Position numbers and translations under genes: made by a program
In this document: in pieces, positions 58,472 to 64,000 of the stretch
Numbering within the stretch: position 1 is the stretch's first letter
Layout: each line of letters starts with the position of its first letter
Notes under the pieces: generated by a model
The model's input: only the letters and a program-made list of their open reading frames with translations
Told to the model about the DNA's origin: nothing
Databases searched by the model: none
IMG/VR virus record: IMGVR_UViG_2830247124_000001
Location: 1 to 64,000 of that record
DNA length: 64,000 nt
Source of the DNA: a virus
Lineage: Duplodnaviria > Caudoviricetes
Reading direction: 5' to 3' (one strand)

Positions 58472-59143
58472 ATGACCGCTGATACGGTAATTACACGAAT
58501 CAGGCGACGCCTCGACCAAGTCCCCCTCAACGTAGAGTCTGTAGACAAAGACTCCGACGTGCTCGGGTCCGTTTCGACAAACTTCTCGAACGAGGATCTT
58601 CTCGACCGCATCAACAAAGCGACCCGTGCGATCATCTCGAAGGTCAAGGCCCAGCACGTCCCGATGGCCATCGAGAAGAAGACGTCGGTCAATGGGATTG
58701 AGCAGTCCGCAGTCCGCCTCCTGCCCCGCCGAGTGTTCGGCAGTGACGATGGAGGCACGACCTACGTGCGAGCTTTCGAGAGGAGCGTCGATACGCAGCG
58801 CCGACTCGAATCCAGGATTTCGAACCCTGGCCGAGAGGCAACGGCACAGTATCCGGTTTTCGTCTACGAGGATGGCCGCTTTCAGATTTTTCCGGAGACG
58901 CTCGGGGTGAAGGCGTTTGTCGTGGAGGCCCCTTCCGGGGCGACCTCTACAAGCGACACGCTGGTTCTGGACGAACGCTTTGAGCGTGCGATCACGGACT
59001 ACGTCTCGGCCAATTGCTACCAGACAATGCGCCGCACGAACCTCGCGGAGTTCTTCATGAACCTCTACAACCGGGATCTTCAGCCCTATTCGCTGGACCT
59101 TCGTTACGGGTCTCTCGACGACCAGGAAATCGACGTGGAGTAA
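58472..59143 (+). CDS. Putative head-tail adaptor/ring protein (paralog)
   Basis: Shares NFSN..DR..ATR.I..V.A, YPVFV.ED and FE.A..V..C..T.R with 57726..58415. Confidence 0.65.
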   Translation: MTADTVITRIRRRLDQVPLNVESVDKDSDVLGSVSTNFSNEDLLDRINKATRAIISKVKAQHVPMAIEKKTSVNGIEQSAVRLLPRRVFGSDDGGTTYVRAFERSVDTQRRLESRISNPGREATAQYPVFVYEDGRFQIFPETLGVKAFVVEAPSGATSTSDTLVLDERFERAITDYVSANCYQTMRRTNLAEFFMNLYNRDLQPYSLDLRYGSLDDQEIDVE

Positions 59144-59184
59144 TCCTGGCAAGAATCGCAGCGTACCCCCAATAAAAATTCCCT

Positions 59185-59769
59185 ATGGCCAATACCAACG
59201 GACTATATAATGTAGATCAGCTTCGGAGCGAGATCGGTAGCCCGACTGCCGACCCCCGAGAACCAGGGGCCGTGCTTGACAGCGAGCTTCAGGGGATCAT
59301 CGACCGGGAGGAGAGCACCCTCGACAGCATGATCCTCTCCCGTCTGGAGAAGCGCTCTCTTGAGTCGGTACCGACGACCGACCAAAAGGCACACGAAGAG
59401 ACGACCGTCTCCCTCGTAAATGAGACGAGTCATGCGGAGGGTACTGTAGACGACAAGTTCTACGCGATCACGTTCTTCGAGGGGGAGGGCCCGAACGACA
59501 ACTTCTTCGAGTACGACCCGAACCTGCAAGTCGAGTCGGTCGGTTTTTTCGAGCGCCGCCGGTTCACGTTCGTCTCGAACAAAGCGTTGGTCATTCCGGC
59601 AGACACCTCGACCATCGACCTGTACCTTCCGGTAAAGACGAAGGTGAGAAGCCGCATGGGCGGCCTCATTGCGAAGGCGAACAGCAAGATCCTCGAACTG
59701 GCCCAGTCGATGGCCCAAAGCAAGGCCCAGCAGGGCGAGCGCCTCGAACGGTCGGACCTGGACCAGTAA
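59185..59769 (+). CDS. Putative virion structural protein
   Basis: Position in the structural operon. Confidence 0.55.
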   Translation: MANTNGLYNVDQLRSEIGSPTADPREPGAVLDSELQGIIDREESTLDSMILSRLEKRSLESVPTTDQKAHEETTVSLVNETSHAEGTVDDKFYAITFFEGEGPNDNFFEYDPNLQVESVGFFERRRFTFVSNKALVIPADTSTIDLYLPVKTKVRSRMGGLIAKANSKILELAQSMAQSKAQQGERLERSDLDQ

Positions 59770-59847
59770 ACGTGCATCTTTGAGAACCGACTCTCAAATA
59801 ATTATTTGACTTCGGTGGCCTTCCAGCCACACAACCTCTGACTCACC

Positions 59848-60231
59848 ATGGCCTCCTTTCCAAAATCAGAAGTCGCGGGAATTGCGATGCAACAGATCCT
59901 TAGCCAGTCCAATGAGGAGGGGGAGTCGATGTCGGTTCGGTCCGACCGCAAGAGCGAAGCAGAGTATTACGTCGGTCTCGCGCTGGAGGAGATGAAAGAC
60001 GAGTACGGCTACGACCCCGCAGAGAAGAAGACGACCCGCGCCAAGCCTGCGGTCATCCGGTACGTGAAGGTGTCTCTGATCGGTCGGGCCGCCTCTGTAG
60101 ACCAGCAGTTCACCATGCTGGCGGACAAATGGGCACAAGCGGTCAACCGCAAGGCCAACCAGGAAGACCGAAACTCCAAAGACGACGAGTACGACTCGCG
60201 CCGCATCGACCTGTACGATACCCAGGAATAA
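59848..60231 (+). CDS. Putative virion structural protein
   Basis: Position in the structural operon; palindrome upstream. Confidence 0.55.
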   Translation: MASFPKSEVAGIAMQQILSQSNEEGESMSVRSDRKSEAEYYVGLALEEMKDEYGYDPAEKKTTRAKPAVIRYVKVSLIGRAASVDQQFTMLADKWAQAVNRKANQEDRNSKDDEYDSRRIDLYDTQE

Positions 60232-60298
60232 CTAGAGCAAACGCCCGAACCTCCTCGGGTCACGGGAGTCTTGACTCCCTTTTCTACCAACCCCTTAC

Positions 60299-63200
60299 AT
60301 GCCACTCGGACCTTCTCGCCCCAGCAGCAACGAGGGCTCTTTCGAAAACAACACGAGAGGCGACGCCCGCAAAGCGGGGTACGCCCCAGAGGAAGGGCCC
60401 ACTGACTTTGAAGACACCACCAGAAACGCCTACGTCAGCGAGTACCCGTTTCAGATCGGCACAGAGGCGATCCTTTCCCTGTCGGCCTACCTTGAAAAAG
60501 AGGGAGACGTGTCCATCTCAGTCTTCTTTGCTGACGCGAGTGCCCGTCTGGCCCGCTACTCAGCAAGCACAAGCGAGTGGTCCTACGTGCCCTCTCCTGG
60601 GTCGGACCAGTACATTCAAATCAGCGAGGACGGCGGCCTTACCTGGAACCGTTACCCGATAACAACCCCCACCTCTTCTGACAACGCCAAGTCCATTCGT
60701 TTTCAGCGGTCTGCGGACCAGCCTGAAGTAGATGCCACGTCTGTCACAGGGGGTACTGGGTGGAACGACACCCCCTCCTACCCCTCCCCGCAGGTTCAGC
60801 GCCGAAACACGCTTTGGGCGACTGTCGGGAGAGTAGACACCAACAACGGGAATGTCGTTGAGGAGTGGTCTACCCCCTTCCCGGTGATTGGCGTTCACTC
60901 TTCCCACGGGGTTGTAGCGCAGTATTCCGGCGGGTCTGGAAACTGGTCCGACGACTACGACTCGCTAAACCACAGCCAGATTCGCTTTAGCGCAGACCAC
61001 GGGGGGAGTTGGACATCGGCGTTTACCTTCTCAAATGGAAGCGTAAAGTTTCAAAGTGGCTACCGCCCACCGGGATACGACAAGAACAAAACCGACCCCG
61101 GAATAGCCTGGACAAACAGCCCGACGACTGACACTCTTGAAGAGAACGGAACGCTATGGGCCCTTCGGAAGAACCCCAGCACCGACGGACCTACGTGGCT
61201 TGAGCCGGTCCAGGTTGTTACCGGCTCCACGCCGTGGCAGGATAGAATCGTCAGCAAGCAAAACGATTCCGGCAAGAAGAAGACGTTTGAGACCCGGTCG
61301 GACTTTCTCTCGCTTCCGCTATCGAATCAGGAGCTTACCTACTACTGGCGCTTGACGGGCGGTTTGCTTGAAAGCCCAATTGTCGGGTACCACACGTTCG
61401 ACCGAAACCGGGAGCCGGAATTCGACGGAAACCTCACCGTCGAGGGACAAGACCTTATCTTGCGTCTGACCGGAGATGAGGACGTGCGGTCCTACGACAT
61501 AGCAGTCAACATCGGAGGGTCGGAGATCCCAGAGCCTTCAAGCGGAGAGCACTTCGAGAGACAAAACTTCGAATACGGCCTCAATCTCGGCCCGATTGAA
61601 GACGGCCAGACCGCTCTTGTAAGCGTAGCTGCATACATTTCTCTTGGGGGAGTGGGAGGGCTTGAACGATACACAGACGGCGACACTGGCACGCGCAAGA
61701 CCTTTGTCCTCGAAAACGATGGGGATGGGTACGTCATGCAGGGGAGGTTCTCCAGCGCGAAGGACGGGCCGATTTCCTCACAGGCATCCGGTGGGGATAG
61801 CTTCGTCCAGATAAGCAACAACGGCGGGGTCCGGTGGAGCAAGAGTCTCGACACGGCGGGGTTTGCCAACACCGGCATACAGGAAAACATCTACTTTCAG
61901 AGGGGGCTGGGAGCACCAGAGATCGACACGTACGGCACAGGAGGGCCAGGGCCGGATTGGAGCAACACGCCGCCAAGTGGCAGCCTCACCCTTTGGATGA
62001 CCCGTGGCCCAGTGGACGAGAACGGAGACCTTCAGCCGTGGGGCCGGTGGACGACGCCAGTTGTTTTTCTTTCGGAGGTGGCCGGAAGAACGATGCCACC
62101 GGACAAGGCAATCGCGCAGTTCTCCGACCAGCCCGATGGCCCGTGGTACGATAAGTATTCGAACACCACCGTCGGTGACAACGCCGGGTACGTCCGGGTA
62201 AGCTGGGATGACGGCGCAACATGGCAGGTGTCTGACATGGACACGCCCGATGATAACCCGATCAACCCGGTTGTCAAGCAAAACGTCGTCAACCGGTTTC
62301 AGCGGTCCTCTTCAGAGCCGAGCGTAAACAACGGCAGCTACTCTAAACCGGGGACCGGTTGGACAGACTTTCCAAGCACATCTAGCAGCGAGGACCTTTG
62401 GATGATCTCGGGGCTGGCGGACCTGGACAAAAACGAGCTAATAGACCCGTGGAGCGATCCAATACGTCTCGTTGAACCGGCCACGAGGCCCTCGTTTATC
62501 GAGTTTGGTGAGACGGCAAGCGGCCCGTGGAATTCGATTTACGAATCTGCGGGGGAGACGGCCAATACGTTTGATCCGGCAGACGGGTATTTCCACATCT
62601 CACGCGACAACACTGCAACCTGGACCCAGTCTCGACCGCTGAGTGAGGCATACTTCAAAAAGCAAACTGCCGAGCCCTCCTCGACTACCGACCCGTCTGC
62701 GGACGGGTGGGACGAGACGCCCCCAGAGGGTTACCCCAATACAGAGGTAAATCTCTGGATCACTATGAAAGACGGGGTTTCTTGGACCGACCCTGAAAAG
62801 GTAAAGCAAGACGTAAGCCCGAAGGGACCGCAAGAAACGGAGGTCTACATCCAGTATTCCAACGACAAAACCTCCTGGCACGACGACATCCGAGAGTCAG
62901 ACAAGTGGATGCGCCAGCGGATCGGAAATGGCCTATGGCGAGGTCCTTTCCGGATAAAGGGAGAATCCGGAGACGATGGCCGGTACCGAAACTTCCTCTT
63001 CAAGGCCAGCCGGTTCCCCAACGACGGGCCCGCCATCGACTCCACAATTCCGGATTGGGACAGCAGCGTAAGCTACGCTGAAGGGGACCGGGTGTTTTAC
63101 GATGGAGACGGCACCTACGAGTATTGGGTGGCCCAGTCTGCACACAGTGGAACGGCCCCCTCTACATCTGCAAGCCAGTGGGGCAACGTCTCGGAGAACA

Positions 63201-64000
63201 CCTTCGACGCGGACTCCGGGTGGGTAGACGGCCCGTTCGGGGCCCTGCAAAATGGAGACAGCGAGGAGATTTACGTCTGGTCGATCAACGCGGATTTCGA
63301 GCCGGACCCGTCCTCCACCACCGACACCCGCCTGGAGAAGTGGGACGGGCCTGGGCGGTTCAACGGGATCGACGCGCAGGACTACTACATCAAGCCGGAA
63401 AACGGGCGGTCGATCAAAAACAGCAACCCCGACGCCAGCCTTCCCTTCCAGGTAGTCGAGATTCAGGGAGGAGAGCAGGATGTGATCGCGGATTCCGGCA
63501 CTGGCCCTGAGCTTTACTGGAAGGACCCGTCGGTAGACTACTCTTCGGTCAGCCGCGACTACGACCTGATCGACACGATCACCGGCATCTCCAGCACGCG
63601 GGAACCGGCCTTTGGGGCGTCGGAGATTGAGGGGAACCTGACCCTTTTCCTGCGGGCAGGCAGCGCGGAGTCGGACGCGAGCTACGACACGATCAACATG
63701 TTTGACGTAACCGATGGGCTCTCGGGTATTTACATCGAGACCCCGAGCGGCGTGCTCATGACGCATTATGCGGCCCGAGAAATCGATGCGGTCTCCCCCT
63801 CCTCCCTATCCTTTACTGCACGGTTTACCGACACACAGGGCACACAGCACTCCAAGGACGTCGCGTTTACCGGATCGGAGGACTCCAATGGCGACTTCAT
63901 CGTTGACGTCTCGATTGGGTCCGTCCTAAACGACGCTGCCATCAGCGAGGTGCGGGTGAAAGAAAATGGGACCGTCGCCTCTGCGTCGTCTGGCAACACG
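60299..64000 (+). CDS. Large tail/receptor-binding protein (at least 1234 aa, runs off window)
   Basis: Open frame from MPLGPSRP to the window end (absent from the ORF track); Asp-box-like SxDGGxTW repeats and a CBM5/12-like PDWDSSVSYAEGDRVFY module. Confidence 0.78.
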   Translation, partial: MPLGPSRPSSNEGSFENNTRGDARKAGYAPEEGPTDFEDTTRNAYVSEYPFQIGTEAILSLSAYLEKEGDVSISVFFADASARLARYSASTSEWSYVPSPGSDQYIQISEDGGLTWNRYPITTPTSSDNAKSIRFQRSADQPEVDATSVTGGTGWNDTPSYPSPQVQRRNTLWATVGRVDTNNGNVVEEWSTPFPVIGVHSSHGVVAQYSGGSGNWSDDYDSLNHSQIRFSADHGGSWTSAFTFSNGSVKFQSGYRPPGYDKNKTDPGIAWTNSPTTDTLEENGTLWALRKNPSTDGPTWLEPVQVVTGSTPWQDRIVSKQNDSGKKKTFETRSDFLSLPLSNQELTYYWRLTGGLLESPIVGYHTFDRNREPEFDGNLTVEGQDLILRLTGDEDVRSYDIAVNIGGSEIPEPSSGEHFERQNFEYGLNLGPIEDGQTALVSVAAYISLGGVGGLERYTDGDTGTRKTFVLENDGDGYVMQGRFSSAKDGPISSQASGGDSFVQISNNGGVRWSKSLDTAGFANTGIQENIYFQRGLGAPEIDTYGTGGPGPDWSNTPPSGSLTLWMTRGPVDENGDLQPWGRWTTPVVFLSEVAGRTMPPDKAIAQFSDQPDGPWYDKYSNTTVGDNAGYVRVSWDDGATWQVSDMDTPDDNPINPVVKQNVVNRFQRSSSEPSVNNGSYSKPGTGWTDFPSTSSSEDLWMISGLADLDKNELIDPWSDPIRLVEPATRPSFIEFGETASGPWNSIYESAGETANTFDPADGYFHISRDNTATWTQSRPLSEAYFKKQTAEPSSTTDPSADGWDETPPEGYPNTEVNLWITMKDGVSWTDPEKVKQDVSPKGPQETEVYIQYSNDKTSWHDDIRESDKWMRQRIGNGLWRGPFRIKGESGDDGRYRNFLFKASRFPNDGPAIDSTIPDWDSSVSYAEGDRVFYDGDGTYEYWVAQSAHSGTAPSTSASQWGNVSENTFDADSGWVDGPFGALQNGDSEEIYVWSINADFEPDPSSTTDTRLEKWDGPGRFNGIDAQDYYIKPENGRSIKNSNPDASLPFQVVEIQGGEQDVIADSGTGPELYWKDPSVDYSSVSRDYDLIDTITGISSTREPAFGASEIEGNLTLFLRAGSAESDASYDTINMFDVTDGLSGIYIETPSGVLMTHYAAREIDAVSPSSLSFTARFTDTQGTQHSKDVAFTGSEDSNGDFIVDVSIGSVLNDAAISEVRVKENGTVASASSGNT

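Larger units (their letters stand above)
3701..59809. promoter_or_regulatory. Dispersed 16-bp palindrome TCAMAKAATTMTKTGA (19 intergenic copies)
   Basis: Starts at 3701, 8152, 12003, 14242, 18324, 23997, 27717, 30757, 32243, 33839, 35908, 38244, 39041, 40354, 41095, 43462, 46520, 51917, 59794. Confidence 0.85.

Noticed and set aside
60300-64000. Apparent gene desert or recoded region at the window end
   Set aside because: A single stop-free frame starts at 60299 and is missing from the track only because it is truncated.
1-64000. tRNA, rRNA, reverse transcriptase/DGR, transposase
   Set aside because: No recognisable signatures found by eye.
1-64000. Haloarchaeal virus
   Set aside because: Despite the acidic proteome and PolB, the DnaB, DnaA boxes, sigma70 promoters and peptidoglycan hydrolase indicate a bacterial host.

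Overview
Partial genome of a large tailed bacteriophage that also carries a plasmid replicon (phage-plasmid). Strongly acidic proteins, high GC and bacterial-type signals (DnaB, DnaA boxes, TTGACA-17-TACATT promoters) suggest an extremely halophilic bacterial host such as Salinibacter (inference). 1-27 kb (mostly minus strand): intein-containing class II RNR, family B polymerase, a parA-RHH-repA cassette with iteron origin, DnaB, ERF, a MoxR AAA/VWA pair and a serine resolvase. 27.7-43 kb: about 30 small minus-strand genes with repeated sigma70 promoters, and 19 copies of a covarying two-hairpin element placed just after stop codons; this is the most striking unexplained system. 43.5-64 kb (plus strand): exonuclease, CHAP lysin, terminase with a class 3-like intein, portal, scaffold, capsid, ring proteins and a large tail protein. 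A 16-bp palindrome recurs 19 times in intergenic DNA. All calls come from motif reading by eye; no searches were run.
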